A stretch of 64,000 nucleotides of DNA from Polyangiales bacterium (GTDB taxonomy: Bacteria > Myxococcota_A > Polyangia > Polyangiales > JADJQN01): contig CAXNJO010000008.1 of assembly GCA_964202905.1 (NCBI GenBank), positions 64,001-128,000 of the forward strand, in the 5' to 3' direction. The notes beneath the pieces were generated by a model. The model made no database searches. It was not told the DNA's origin and saw only the letters and a list, made by a program, of their open reading frames with translations. The translations under genes were made by a program, and so were the position numbers. Each line of letters opens with the position of its first letter. The stretch's first letter is position 1. Below are positions 33,892 through 44,193 of the stretch, piece by piece.

Positions 33892-35229
33892 GTGACCCAC
33901 CTCGTCCCCGCCGCCTTCCGCCACCCGCGCTCGCCCCTGTTGCGCGCGCTCGCCGCCGTCGGTGTCCTCGCCGCGTGGCTCGCGGGCGCGTCCGTCGCGC
34001 CCACCGCCGCGCGCGCCGATCTCCGCCTCTGGGAGGAGAACGAGGACGACCTCTGGCACCACCGTTGGTTTGCGGTGACGGGCTTCGCGCAGCCCGGCTT
34101 CATCGTCCGCCAGAACGATCCGCAGAACGCGATCTCCGACGACCATTTCTGGCTTCAGCGCGCGCGCTTCGGCTTCCGCACGCAGCTCCATCGCTTCCTG
34201 CAGATGCGCTTCGAGCTCGAGGGCATGCCGAGCCCGAACCTCACCGACGTCTACGTCGACCTGCCGCTGCACCCCGCGTTCTCCGTGCGGATGGGCCAGT
34301 TTCTGTTGCCGTTCCTGCGCACCTATCAGATCAACGAAGCGAACCAGGCGTTCATCGATCGCCTCGTCTACACGCCGCAGCAACCCGATCGCTTCGCGCT
34401 CCGCTACCTCAACCCGCGCGACGTCGGCCTGATGTTCACCGGCATCCTCGGCAACAGCGATCCCGAGGTGACGTCGCCTGGACTGCAGTACTGGGTGGGT
34501 GCCTTCCTCGGTCGCGGCGCGAACCAGATCGTCAACGACGACAGCGCATTCCTCTACTCCGCCCGCGTGAACCTCCACGTCCTCGGCCCCCCGAAGGGCG
34601 CGGATCAAGAGAGCGATCTTTCCCGCAACACGCGGCCGCACGTCGCCGCGGGCGGCGGCGTCTACACGAACTGCGACGACCGCGGGAACTACAACCGCGG
34701 CCTCACCTTCGACACCGAGCTGCGCTACCGCGGCCTCTACGCCTACGCGAGCTTCGTCCGCTTCTACAACGGCGCGGTCCGCAACGACGCCCTCGGCCGC
34801 GCGCTCGGCTACGACACGGGCTGCGGCGGCGGGATCGCCGGCGCCTCCGACCACATCGCGTGGGGCGCGAGCGTGCAGGCGCAGTACGTGCTGCCGCCCG
34901 CGCTCTTCCCGGTGTCCGGGCAGGCGCTCGAGGTGCTCGCACGCTTCGACGCGGTCGCCCCCGTGAACCCCGCGGACGGTTCCTTCCTCGGAGGCGGGAC
35001 GACCTCGCTCGGCTACGCGCCGCCACCCGACTACCGCGACGCGGACAACCCTCCTACGCGCTGGCGTCTCACCTTCGGGCTCAACTGGTTCCCGACGAAC
35101 GAGCAGCTCATCCGCCTCTCGGCGAATTACCAGCTCAACCGCGAGGTCGAGAACGCGGTCATCGCGGGGCGCGAGTTCGTGGGCGTCAAGAACGACACGC
35201 TCTGGCTGCAGGGCACCGTCGGCTTCTGA
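33892..35229 (+). CDS. Phosphate-selective porin O/P-like outer-membrane protein
   Basis: Signal peptide, FWLQRARFG, DVYVD, RMGQFLLPF, RDVGLM, C-terminal QGTVGF. Confidence 0.75.
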   Translation: MTHLVPAAFRHPRSPLLRALAAVGVLAAWLAGASVAPTAARADLRLWEENEDDLWHHRWFAVTGFAQPGFIVRQNDPQNAISDDHFWLQRARFGFRTQLHRFLQMRFELEGMPSPNLTDVYVDLPLHPAFSVRMGQFLLPFLRTYQINEANQAFIDRLVYTPQQPDRFALRYLNPRDVGLMFTGILGNSDPEVTSPGLQYWVGAFLGRGANQIVNDDSAFLYSARVNLHVLGPPKGADQESDLSRNTRPHVAAGGGVYTNCDDRGNYNRGLTFDTELRYRGLYAYASFVRFYNGAVRNDALGRALGYDTGCGGGIAGASDHIAWGASVQAQYVLPPALFPVSGQALEVLARFDAVAPVNPADGSFLGGGTTSLGYAPPPDYRDADNPPTRWRLTFGLNWFPTNEQLIRLSANYQLNREVENAVIAGREFVGVKNDTLWLQGTVGF

Positions 35230-35349
35230 CCGAACTCGTCGTCGCGTCGCCGCGCGGTTCTCCGCCGCGCTGTGCATGCCCTGCACGACACGATGCTGTC
35301 ACCGTTCCACCGTTGCAGGAACGCCCGTTTTCTGGGACTTTCGAGTCCC

Positions 35350-36795
35350 ATGAAGCGCGCGCGTCTCCTCCTCGTCTGTGCCTCGCTCTCGCTCACCGCC
35401 TTCGCCTCCGGCTGCGAAGAGACGGGCGGCGCCGTCGATCCCGATGTCGACATGGGGCCCCCCGTCGACGGCTCGACCGCCGGCCAGCGGCAGCTGAGCT
35501 ACACGCCCGAGGGCTGCGGCTACGCCGTCTCGTCCCCGCGTGTCCCGGTCGCGAGCGTCGAGCGCCACGCCGCGACGATCGGCGCGACGCCCGCGCCCGA
35601 CCACATCCACACGAGCTTCACCGGCCCGACCACCAGCACCTTCGCGGTGAACTGGCGCACGCGGGGCGACGACACGCGCGCGGCGCAGGTCCTCTTCGGC
35701 ACGGACGAGGCCGCGGTCGCCGCAGCGGACGGCCCCGGCGCCGACGTGCGCGCGCAGGACGGCCACTCGTTCTCCTACGACCGCGCCGGCGGCTTCCGCA
35801 TCCACGAGGCGCACGTCTGCGGCCTCGAGCCGTCGACCCGCTACTTCTACAAGGTCGGCGGCGCGGGCGCGTGGAGCGCCGTGTTCGACGTCTCGACGAG
35901 CCCGACCGTCGGCACGGCCGAGGTCTGGCGTTTCGCCGTCACCGGCGACTCGCGCAACGAGCCGGCGATCTTCGCGGAGACGCAGGCGCGCGTGCAGGAG
36001 GCCGGCGTCGACCTGCAGGTGTTCAGCGGCGACGCGGTCGTGCTCGGGCCGAACCAGGGCGAATGGGACGCCTTCTTCGAGGCGACCGCGGGCGGCGTCT
36101 CCGTGCAGGACGTGCTCGCGCGCATCCCGTTCATGATCGCGAACGGCAACCACGACGGCCTCGCGACCAACTACCTCGCGCAGTTCGCGCTCCCGCAGCA
36201 GGTGACCGACGGCGAGCGCGGGGAGGGCGAGGAGTGGTACTCGTTCGACTACGGAAACGCGCACTTCGTCGTCCTCAACGACACCTCGACGACCGAGCTC
36301 ATCAACACCGTCGAGCGTGCGTGGCTCCGCGCCGACCTGATGGCCGTCGATCGCACGGTGACGCCGTGGGTCTTCGCGGTGCACCACAAGCCCATGTACA
36401 CGTCGGCGACGGCGCACGATCCGGACGTCTCGCTCCGCGCCTCGTGGCAGCCCCTCTACGACGAGTTCGGCGTCGACTTCGTCTTCAACGGCCACAACCA
36501 CAACTACGAGCGCAGCCTCCCGATCCGCGGCTTCGCCTCCGGCACGAGCGAGGGGCAGGTGCAGCCCGCGGGCGTGAACGGCATCCCGCAGGCGGCGAAC
36601 GGCACGGTGTACGTCGTCGCGGCGGGCGCGGGCGCGCCGCTCTACGGCGTCGACGCCGCCTCGACCGGCTACACGGTGCTCGCCGAGTCGACGCGCAACT
36701 ACGTCGTCGTCGAGCTCGAGGGCAAGACGATGCGCTACAAGGCGTCCCGGCTCGACGGGACGGCGCTCGACGTGTTCGAGTACACGCGCCCCTGA
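35350..36795 (+). CDS. Purple acid phosphatase-family metallophosphoesterase lipoprotein
   Basis: Lipobox ASGC, FN3-like GLEPSTRYFYKVG, GDSR, GD, GNHD, HHKP and GHNHNYER motifs. Confidence 0.9.
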   Translation: MKRARLLLVCASLSLTAFASGCEETGGAVDPDVDMGPPVDGSTAGQRQLSYTPEGCGYAVSSPRVPVASVERHAATIGATPAPDHIHTSFTGPTTSTFAVNWRTRGDDTRAAQVLFGTDEAAVAAADGPGADVRAQDGHSFSYDRAGGFRIHEAHVCGLEPSTRYFYKVGGAGAWSAVFDVSTSPTVGTAEVWRFAVTGDSRNEPAIFAETQARVQEAGVDLQVFSGDAVVLGPNQGEWDAFFEATAGGVSVQDVLARIPFMIANGNHDGLATNYLAQFALPQQVTDGERGEGEEWYSFDYGNAHFVVLNDTSTTELINTVERAWLRADLMAVDRTVTPWVFAVHHKPMYTSATAHDPDVSLRASWQPLYDEFGVDFVFNGHNHNYERSLPIRGFASGTSEGQVQPAGVNGIPQAANGTVYVVAAGAGAPLYGVDAASTGYTVLAESTRNYVVVELEGKTMRYKASRLDGTALDVFEYTRP

Positions 36796-36809
36796 GCCGA
36801 GGCTCCGCC

Positions 36810-37919
36810 CTGCGCTCCCGCGCCCTCATCGCGCCGCTTCTCATCGCCCTCGCCCTCGCCCCCGCGCGCACCGCCGCGCAGGAGGGGGGCGCAGCGTCGG
36901 TGCCCGCGCGCGCTGCGCTTCCTCCGCCGGTTGAGGCGCCCGCGCCACCCCTGGCGCCAAGGGCGGCGCCGCTGAATGACGGTTCAGTCACGCCCGGCTC
37001 GGACCGCCTCGCGCAGGCGGCGCTCGTGCGCGAGGCGGATCGCGCGGAGTCGGAGGCGCGCCCGGCGGACGCGCTCGCGCTCTGGCGGCGTGCTCTCGTG
37101 AGCGCGCCCACCTCGCGCGTCGCGGGGCGCTGCGAGCGGCGCATCGCGTACCTCTCGGCGCACGGGGAGGGCGGGTTTGCGCCCCTCGCGGACCTCCTCC
37201 GCATGCGCCAGCTCGTGACCTCCGAGCTCAGCGCGGCGCGGCTCGAGGCCTACGCGCGGCGCCTCGAAGGCTATCCGCGCGGCCTCGCCCGCCGCGAGGG
37301 GCGCGAGCTCGTCGCGGACGCCTGGCTCGGGCGGCTCGGCGACCCGACCCGCGCGCGCCGAGCCTACGAGCGCTGGCTCGCGGAGCCGGGCATCGACGAC
37401 GCCGAGCGCCGCCTCGCCGCGTCGGGCCTCGCGCGCGCGCTCACGCTGCTCGGCGATCCGTCGGCGGCGCTCGCCGCGATGGAGCAGGCCGGCCTCGGCG
37501 CGTCGAGCGACGCGGACGATCTGCGCGTCGCCGTGCGGCGGCGCGTGCTGCGCGTGATCGCGGTCGCGCTCCTCGCGCTCTTCGCCCTCGGTGGCGCGGC
37601 GCTCGGCGGGCACCGCGGGCTTCGGCCTGCGGCGCTGCGGCGTGCATTCACGGGGCCGCGCGTCGTCGCCGCGGCGTGGGTGCTCGGGGGGCCGTTGCTG
37701 CTCGCCTCGCTGTTCGATCACGCGGCCACCGACACGTTCGTGACGCTCGCGCTCGCGGGGTCCGCGCTCCTCGCGGTCGCGTCGATCTTCGGCGTGGGTC
37801 TCGAGGGCGCGCCGATCGGGCGGCGTCGTGCGGTCGCGGCGGGGGCCTTCGCCGCGGCGCTCGGGGCGGGTTTTCTCGTGCTCGACCGCGCGGGCTTTCT
37901 CTTGAGCCTCGGCCTGTGA
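36810..37919 (+). CDS. Membrane protein with exported TPR-like region and 4 C-terminal TM helices; start uncertain (CTG?)
   Basis: Signal-peptide-like LRSRALIAPLLIALALAPARTAA with no ATG/GTG next to it. GAGG lies 7 nt before the CTG. Confidence 0.6.
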   Translation: MRSRALIAPLLIALALAPARTAAQEGGAASVPARAALPPPVEAPAPPLAPRAAPLNDGSVTPGSDRLAQAALVREADRAESEARPADALALWRRALVSAPTSRVAGRCERRIAYLSAHGEGGFAPLADLLRMRQLVTSELSAARLEAYARRLEGYPRGLARREGRELVADAWLGRLGDPTRARRAYERWLAEPGIDDAERRLAASGLARALTLLGDPSAALAAMEQAGLGASSDADDLRVAVRRRVLRVIAVALLALFALGGAALGGHRGLRPAALRRAFTGPRVVAAAWVLGGPLLLASLFDHAATDTFVTLALAGSALLAVASIFGVGLEGAPIGRRRAVAAGAFAAALGAGFLVLDRAGFLLSLGL

Positions 37920-38263
37920 CGCGTCCCGCCCCGCGCCCCGCCGACGTGAGGCGCACCGCGCTCGCCCTCGCGGCGCTCGTCTTCGGCGTCGTGTCGCCGC
38001 TCGCGTACGCGGCGCAGCGCGTGTTCGAGCGGGCGCGCGGCGGTCCGGGCGATCCGCTACTCGTCGTCTTCGATCTGCACACCTCGTTCTACTGGCGCGC
38101 CTCGACCGCCGCGTGGTGGGGCGGACTCGCGGCGATCCTCGCGGGCGCGCTCGTCGCGCAGCCGCGCGCGCAGCGGGGCCGCGACGCGCTCGCGCGTGCC
38201 GTCGCGCTCGTGGCGCTGCCGCTCGCGCTCGCGATCGCCGTCGCCATGTGGAGGCTGCCGTGA
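37916..38263 (+). CDS. Small membrane protein
   Basis: GTGA overlap with the upstream gene. Three hydrophobic helices. Confidence 0.65.
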   Translation: MTRPAPRPADVRRTALALAALVFGVVSPLAYAAQRVFERARGGPGDPLLVVFDLHTSFYWRASTAAWWGGLAAILAGALVAQPRAQRGRDALARAVALVALPLALAIAVAMWRLP

Positions 38264-38694
38264 TCTGGCGTGTGCTCGAGGCCGTGCACGGGCACCTCGG
38301 CGTGCTCGCGGCGGCGGCGCTGCTCCACCCCGCGATCCTCCTGCGGCGCGGGCTCCCGCTCACGCGCGGGGGGCGCTGGTCGGTGGGTCTCACGACGCTC
38401 GTGACCGCGCTCGCCTTCGGGCTCGGCGTCGGGATCTACGAGCAGTACCGCGCGACGGTGAAGCGCGGCGTCTTCCTCGAGAGCCGCGCGGTCGGCTTCC
38501 TGTTCGAGACCAAGGAGCACCTCGGCTTCACGGTCGTCGCGCTCGCGCTCGGCGCGGGCGTCGCGGCGCTCCTCGCCCCACCGGGCGCCGTGGCCGTGCG
38601 GCGCGCGTGTGCCGCGGCCTACCTGGCGGCCGCGCTCGTCTGCGCGGTGGTCGTCGCGCTCGGCACGCTCGTCGCCTCGACGCACGGCTTCTAG
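38260..38694 (+). CDS. Four-TM membrane protein with several His residues
   Basis: GTGA overlap. VHGHLG..LLHP and FETKEH motifs. Confidence 0.7.
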   Translation: MIWRVLEAVHGHLGVLAAAALLHPAILLRRGLPLTRGGRWSVGLTTLVTALAFGLGVGIYEQYRATVKRGVFLESRAVGFLFETKEHLGFTVVALALGAGVAALLAPPGAVAVRRACAAAYLAAALVCAVVVALGTLVASTHGF

Positions 38695-39347
38695 CGCGGC
38701 GTCTCCGCGGCCAGCGTCGCGGCGCGCAGACCCGCGCGGACCTCCCCGAGCAGCGCGTCCGCGCGGCGCACGACCGCGGGCCGCACGGCGTCGAGCACGC
38801 CCGCGACCGCGTCGGTCGACACCGTGCCGAGCGCGAGCCGTGGCCGGTGGGCGAGCGCGTCGCCGATGCGCGCGGCGACGAAGGCGGGATCGACGTAGCC
38901 GTACGGCACGCCCCAGCCGCGCAGCCGCGCGTGCAGCGCCCAGAAACGCGGGGCGTGCGTTGCGTCGTCGAAGCGCAGGTGCGCCTCCTCGAGCGCGGCG
39001 AGCGCCTCGACGTAGGCGCGCGCACCCGTGTCGCCGTCGACGAGCGTCCCGTCGAGGAGCAGCTCGATGCCGAGGTGCGCCGCCGCCCGTGACGCGCCGC
39101 CGCCGAGTCCCACAGCGGTGAGCTGCGCGCGCGCCTCGATCATCAGCGCGACGAAGGTCGGCGCCGCGTGGAACACCGCGTCCGTCGCGTGGTGCAGCGC
39201 GACGCCACGCGCGACCTCGGGGTCGGCCGCCACGACCGCGCGTGCCCCCGAGATCGCGGCGAAATCCGGCAACATCGCGCCGAACACGAAGCCGGGCGAG
39301 GCGTCCGGCGCCCAGGTCGCGACCGTCGCGTGGCCAAAGAAGTTCAC
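38691..39347 (-). CDS. AcpH/zinc-dependent phospholipase C-like HD-type protein
   Basis: MNFFGH, GAMLPDF, GVALHHATDAVFH and AHLGIELLLD motifs. Confidence 0.7.
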   Translation of the reverse strand: MNFFGHATVATWAPDASPGFVFGAMLPDFAAISGARAVVAADPEVARGVALHHATDAVFHAAPTFVALMIEARAQLTAVGLGGGASRAAAHLGIELLLDGTLVDGDTGARAYVEALAALEEAHLRFDDATHAPRFWALHARLRGWGVPYGYVDPAFVAARIGDALAHRPRLALGTVSTDAVAGVLDAVRPAVVRRADALLGEVRAGLRAATLAAETPR

Positions 39348-39424
39348 CGCGCCACCGTAGCAGCGCGCGCGCCGCGCTTCCCGGTTGCGCGACGCGCGGC
39401 GATGGCCGACAACGGTCCCCCGCC

Positions 39425-41284
39425 ATGCGAATCGCTGCACGCACGTCGATCGCTCCGTGGGTCGGCTGTCTCGCCGCGCTCGCGGCCTGCGCGGGTGGCG
39501 TCTCCGCTTCGCACCCCGCGTCGCCCCGCGCCGCGACGGCGGGTGTCGGCGCGTCGTCCCCGCGGACCTCCGCCGCGCGCGCATCGACGCCCGCCCTACC
39601 GGAGACGCTGACCGTGAGCGTCGTCGGCACCAACGACGTGCACGGCCGCCTGGCCAGCCTGCCCGTGCTCGCGGGCTACCTCGCGAACCTCCGCGCGGCG
39701 CGGGCGGCGGATCACGGCGCGGTCGTCCTGCTCGACGGCGGCGACATGTTCCAGGGAACCCTCGAGTCCAACCTCAACGAGGGCGCCGCGATGATCGCGG
39801 GCTACGGCGCGCTCGGCTACACGGCCGTCACCGTCGGCAACCACGAGTTCGACTTCGGCCCCGAGGGGCCACGTTCCACGGCTCGCGAGGGCGAGGATCC
39901 ACGCGGTGCGCTCCGTGCGCGGGCACGAGAGGCGGGCTTCCCCCTGCTCACGGCGAACCTCGCGACGGTATCCGACGGCGCGCACGTCGACTGGCCGAAC
40001 ATGCCGACGTCCATCGTCGTCGAGCGCGCGGGCGTGCGCATCGGCATCCTCGGCGTGACCACCGAGGAGACGCCGCGCACCACGCTCGCCGCGAATTTCC
40101 GCGGGCTCGCCGTCGTCCCGCTCGCGGAGGCCGTCACGCGGGAGGCGGCGTCGCTGCGCGCTCGCGGCTGCGCGCTCGTTCTCCTCGCCGCGCACGCGGG
40201 CGGTCGCTGCCGGCGCTTCGATGATCCACGCGATACCACCTCCTGTGATGACGATCAGGAGATCGTGCGGCTCGCGCGTTCCCTTCCGGTCGGCACGCTC
40301 GACGCCGTCGTCGCGGGGCACACGCACGCTGCGATCGCCCACTTCGTGAACGGCATCCCCGTGCTCGAGTCGTACGCGAACGGCCGCGCGTTCGGGCGCG
40401 TCGATCTCGTGCTCGACCGCGCGACGGGGCGGCTGCGGGAGGCGCGGGTCCAGCCGCCGCACGCGCTCTGCGGCCTCTCGTCCGAGGCGCCCGCGTGTGC
40501 GGACGAGCGCTACGAGGGCGCGCCGGTGGTGCCGGACGCCTCGCTCGAGGCGCGGCTCGCGCCCGCGGTGCGCGCGGCCGCCGCGCAGCGAGAGCAGTCG
40601 CTCGGCGTCACCCTCGCGGCGCCCTTCGCGCGCTCCGGCAGCGCGGAATCCCCGCTCGGCAACCTCCTCGCCGACCTCCTCCGCGCGAGCGCGCCGGGCG
40701 GCGCCGACGTCGGCATGGTCAACGGTGGCGGCATCCGCACCGGGCTGCCCGCCGGCCCGCTCACCTACGGCGCGCTGTACGAGACCTTCCCCTTCGACAA
40801 TCGTTTCGCGGTGTTGCGGCTGCGCGGCGCCGATCTCCGGCGCGTGCTCGCGGCGAACCTGAGCGCGGGCGAGAGCCTGCTCTCCATCTCGGGCGTGCGC
40901 GTCGAGGCGCGCTGCCGGGGCGAGGTGGTCGATGTGCGCCTCTTCCGCGCAGCGGGGCGCGGCGAGCGTCCCGTGCGGGACGCCGAGGTGCTCCGCGTCG
41001 CGACGAGCGACTTCGTCGCGACCGGGGGCGACGCGCTGCTCGCTTCCCTTGTCGCGCCCGCCGACCTCACGCTCGCCGACGACGGTCCCACGATCCGCGA
41101 CGCGAGCGCAGAGGCCCTGCGGGCCCGCGGCGGCACGCTGCGCCCCGACGACCCCGCGCTCTTCGATCCCGCGCAGCCGCGCTGGCGCCACCCCGGCGCG
41201 CGCCCCGTCCGCTGTGCGACGTCGCCCGCCGTCGCCGCGCCCGCGCCCGCTGCCGCGCCTGCGAGCGTGCCGGCCGCGCGTTGA
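39425..41284 (+). CDS. 5'-nucleotidase / UDP-sugar hydrolase family lipoprotein
   Basis: Lipobox LAAC. TNDVHG, DGGDMFQG, GNHEFD, GHTH, NGGGIR and PFDN motifs. Confidence 0.92.
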   Translation: MRIAARTSIAPWVGCLAALAACAGGVSASHPASPRAATAGVGASSPRTSAARASTPALPETLTVSVVGTNDVHGRLASLPVLAGYLANLRAARAADHGAVVLLDGGDMFQGTLESNLNEGAAMIAGYGALGYTAVTVGNHEFDFGPEGPRSTAREGEDPRGALRARAREAGFPLLTANLATVSDGAHVDWPNMPTSIVVERAGVRIGILGVTTEETPRTTLAANFRGLAVVPLAEAVTREAASLRARGCALVLLAAHAGGRCRRFDDPRDTTSCDDDQEIVRLARSLPVGTLDAVVAGHTHAAIAHFVNGIPVLESYANGRAFGRVDLVLDRATGRLREARVQPPHALCGLSSEAPACADERYEGAPVVPDASLEARLAPAVRAAAAQREQSLGVTLAAPFARSGSAESPLGNLLADLLRASAPGGADVGMVNGGGIRTGLPAGPLTYGALYETFPFDNRFAVLRLRGADLRRVLAANLSAGESLLSISGVRVEARCRGEVVDVRLFRAAGRGERPVRDAEVLRVATSDFVATGGDALLASLVAPADLTLADDGPTIRDASAEALRARGGTLRPDDPALFDPAQPRWRHPGARPVRCATSPAVAAPAPAAAPASVPAAR

Positions 41285-41293
41285 CGGCGCCGC

Positions 41294-42408
41294 TCACGGC
41301 GCCTCGCACACGAAGTAGTTCGACTCGCCGCAGCGCGAGTCGTTCCAGCGGGGATTGTCGTAGAGGTTCAACTCCACGCAGTCCTCGCCGCCGCCGCCGT
41401 AGGAGTTGCTCGGCTCGCCCTCGAGCCAGTAGGTGAACGTGCTCGGGGACCCGCTGGTCCACGCGAAGCTGCCCTCGGTGCCGGTGTCGCTGTAGCCGAT
41501 CCACCACTGGCGGAACGTCTCGTCGCGACGGGCGTTCGCGAAGAGCCAGTCGGACTCGGCGGCGTCCTCGACCGTGGCGAGGTGATAGCCGCGGCGCATG
41601 CACTCGGCTTCCGCGTCCGCGAAGTTCGCGCCGTTCTCGCAGAACAGATACGTGCTGCTCTCGCGTCGTCGCAGCGGGCACGGGCACGCGTCGCCGTCAT
41701 CGATCGACGCCGTTGCAGTCGTCGTCGACGCCGTTGCACGGATCGGTCGCGCCCGGGTAGGCCGTGCCGGCCGCGTCGTCACAGTCGTCGACTCGGGCCC
41801 TGCGAGGAAGTTCCGGGCGGCGCCACACACGCGCCGACGCCCACGCCACCGAGCGCGTGTCCGTCCCCGTCGGCGTCCGGATAGAACGTGCGCGCATCGA
41901 TCGCGTCGGCCTCGTTCGTCTCGCCGTCGCAGTCGTCGTCGGACTCGGTGTCACAGCGCTCGGGCGTGTCGTCGCTCACGTCGTCGCAGATGACCGCGCC
42001 GCCCCCGCAGATCCGCGTCCCTTCGGGACAGCGGTCGCTGTCGAGGCCGTCGCACGGCACGCCGACCTCGGGGTCGGCCATGCCGTCGGGCGTGCTCGGA
42101 TCGCAGTCGTCGTCGCGTCCGTTGCACACATCGGGCGAGACGAGGCACTCGCAGCCGTCGAGCGGATCGCCGTTGAGGTCGGCCGTACCCGCGGGGCAGA
42201 GGGACGCGTCGGGCTCGGGCAAGTCGGCGTCGTCCGAGGCGTCGCGGTCGGGCGGCCCCGCGTCGCGTGCGCCGGCGTCAGTGACGGCGGCGTCGTCCAC
42301 GGCGAGCCCGCCGCGCGCGACCGTGCAGGCGCACAACGCCACGGCGACGAGCGCTTGGACCAACCCCATCCATGGGAGCGACCGCGACGCGCGAGGGGAC
42401 GTCCGCAC
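41294..42408 (-). CDS. Lipoprotein with Cys/Asp (MopE-like) repeats and C-terminal C-type lectin domain; two apparent frameshifts near 41795 and 41705
   Basis: Lipobox-like LCAC, CNG.DDDC repeats, then a CTLD (WWIGYSD..EGSFAW..W..GEPSN..EDCV..WND..C..YFVCE). The protein is spread over three frames. Confidence 0.75.
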
Positions 42409-42485
42409 CGCGCGAGATTACACCGATCGCGACGCGACGCGTCAGCGCGAACGCGCGTCGGTGGGCGCCTGCCGAGCGGCGCGAG

Positions 42486-42893
42486 TCACGAGTCCGCAGG
42501 TGCCGGATCCGTCGGGCGCAGCGCCTCGGGCGGCTCGCTGAGCCGCGCCGCGCACCGGCCCTCGTGGCAGAGGCAGCCGCCCCCACAATCGAGCGTGCCG
42601 AAGCGGCAGTCCTGCGTGCACAACGCCTCCCCGCATGCGGGCGCGTTCGCGCGGCCGACGCAGGCCGCCGCGTGACAACATCCCGCCGGGACGCAGTCGG
42701 CGTCCGTCTCGCAGGCGTCCTCCGACATCACGAGCCCCTGCGCGGCGGGCGTCGCGGGCTCGGCGCCGGCCGTGTCCGGCGCGGTCCGAGCGCTGAATCG
42801 GATCGGGGTGTCGGCGTCGCCGTGCCCGGAGCCGCACGCCGCGAGGAGGGCCGTGCCGAACAGCGTCGCGCAGAGCCACCCGCCCGCGCGCAT
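42486..42893 (-). CDS. Small Cys-rich lipoprotein
   Basis: Lipobox LAAC. CETDADCVPAGCCH..C..CT.DC..C..GCLCHEGRC. Overlaps the lysyl oxidase stop codon by 1 bp. Confidence 0.75.
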   Translation of the reverse strand: MRAGGWLCATLFGTALLAACGSGHGDADTPIRFSARTAPDTAGAEPATPAAQGLVMSEDACETDADCVPAGCCHAAACVGRANAPACGEALCTQDCRFGTLDCGGGCLCHEGRCAARLSEPPEALRPTDPAPADS

Positions 42894-44179
42894 CACGGCG
42901 CCACCGCCACGGTGCAGGTCGCGGCCTCGTCTGAGCGATACGGCCCCCAGAGCACGTTGTACGTCCCGCTCGCGGGGCACGTGAACGTCGCCTGCGAGCA
43001 GACGTCGCCGTCGCGGCAGCCGGAGTCGTCGTTCCGCGCGAGCGAGCCGCGCGTGCCGCAGGGCTCGGTGCCCTCGCAGACGCGCAGCACGGTGTCGCCC
43101 GTGCAGGACCCGGCGCCGCACGCGGCCGAGCAGCCGAGACGCACCATCGCGCCAGGCGTACACGTGAAGTCGCCGCCGTCCGTGAGGCCGCAGCCGCGGT
43201 CCGCGCCCTGCGACGCGCGGTCGCACGGCGCCGTCGCGTCGCTCGTGATGTCCCGCGGGATCGTCACCGGCACCTCGACGACGTTGTTCTCGTAGTTCGA
43301 CTCGAGCAGGATGTGCGCGGTGTTGATCGCGATCCGCAGCGCGTAATCCCCGGGCGGCACATCCGTCACGTCGACCCACTGGCAGTCGAGGTCACGCCCG
43401 TAGACGTCCTGCCAGCCCCGCGCGATGCCCTGGTTGCCGCAGTCGTAGCGCGCGCCTCCCGAGTCGGTGCCCGGGTAGCGGTAGAAGTCGAGCAGGCAGA
43501 AGGCCTGCTTGTGGCCGGTCGCGGCGAGCTCGCCGCCCGTGTCGCGCAGTTCGTACTCGGCGTACGTGTTGAAATGGTAGTGCGCGTGGCACGCGGAGTA
43601 CTCGAAGTAGTCGATCGAGTCGCTCGGCGGTCCGAGGTACATGTCGGCGGTGCCGGTGTTGGGCGTCCACGTGTCGAAGCGGAGCAGGCGACGCCACCCG
43701 GAGCGCACGACGCAGCCCTCGACGATCGCGCAGTCGCCCTCGGGGAAGTTCTGCCACTCGACCGCGTAGTTCTCGACCACCTTCGATTCATCGACGAAGA
43801 GGTCCGCGGCCGGACACGCGCCGCCGTCCTCGCGCGCGACGCAGGCGAACGTGCCGTCTTGCGGGCTGCAGCACTCGGTCGCTGCGCACTCGGGCGTGCA
43901 GCGCCCGAGCCAATCGCCGTCGCATTCGATCCCGCTCACGGGATCGCAACCCTCGGGCATCGCCGCGTCGCTGCGGGGCCCGAGGTCGCGCCCACCACCT
44001 GCATCCGCGGGGCCTAGGTCGCGTATCGGGCCCCCGTCCGCCGGGCCCGCGTCCAAGCGTCCACCGTCGAGGCCGAGGTCCGGGCCGGCGGGGGCGTCGT
44101 CGTCATCCCCGCAGGCCGCGAGCGCGGTAGCGAGCACGCCGATCACGAGGAACGTCGAGCTGGGAAGGGACGCGCGCAT
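42893..44179 (-). CDS. Lysyl oxidase-family lipoprotein
   Basis: LLRFDT..PN.G.AD, Cu site CHAHYH, LTQ-forming GHKQAFCL and GWQDVY, LDCQWVDVTDVPPGDY. Lipobox LAAC. Confidence 0.9.
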   Translation of the reverse strand: MRASLPSSTFLVIGVLATALAACGDDDDAPAGPDLGLDGGRLDAGPADGGPIRDLGPADAGGGRDLGPRSDAAMPEGCDPVSGIECDGDWLGRCTPECAATECCSPQDGTFACVAREDGGACPAADLFVDESKVVENYAVEWQNFPEGDCAIVEGCVVRSGWRRLLRFDTWTPNTGTADMYLGPPSDSIDYFEYSACHAHYHFNTYAEYELRDTGGELAATGHKQAFCLLDFYRYPGTDSGGARYDCGNQGIARGWQDVYGRDLDCQWVDVTDVPPGDYALRIAINTAHILLESNYENNVVEVPVTIPRDITSDATAPCDRASQGADRGCGLTDGGDFTCTPGAMVRLGCSAACGAGSCTGDTVLRVCEGTEPCGTRGSLARNDDSGCRDGDVCSQATFTCPASGTYNVLWGPYRSDEAATCTVAVAP

Positions 44180-44193
44180 CGCGGGACCTCATC

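Noticed and set aside
27333..37919. Very long ORFs (1482, 994, 812 and 1370 aa) and the many Arg/Ala-rich overlapping ORFs
   Set aside because: Stop-poor shadow frames typical of very high-GC DNA. Only sub-segments carry recognisable motifs.
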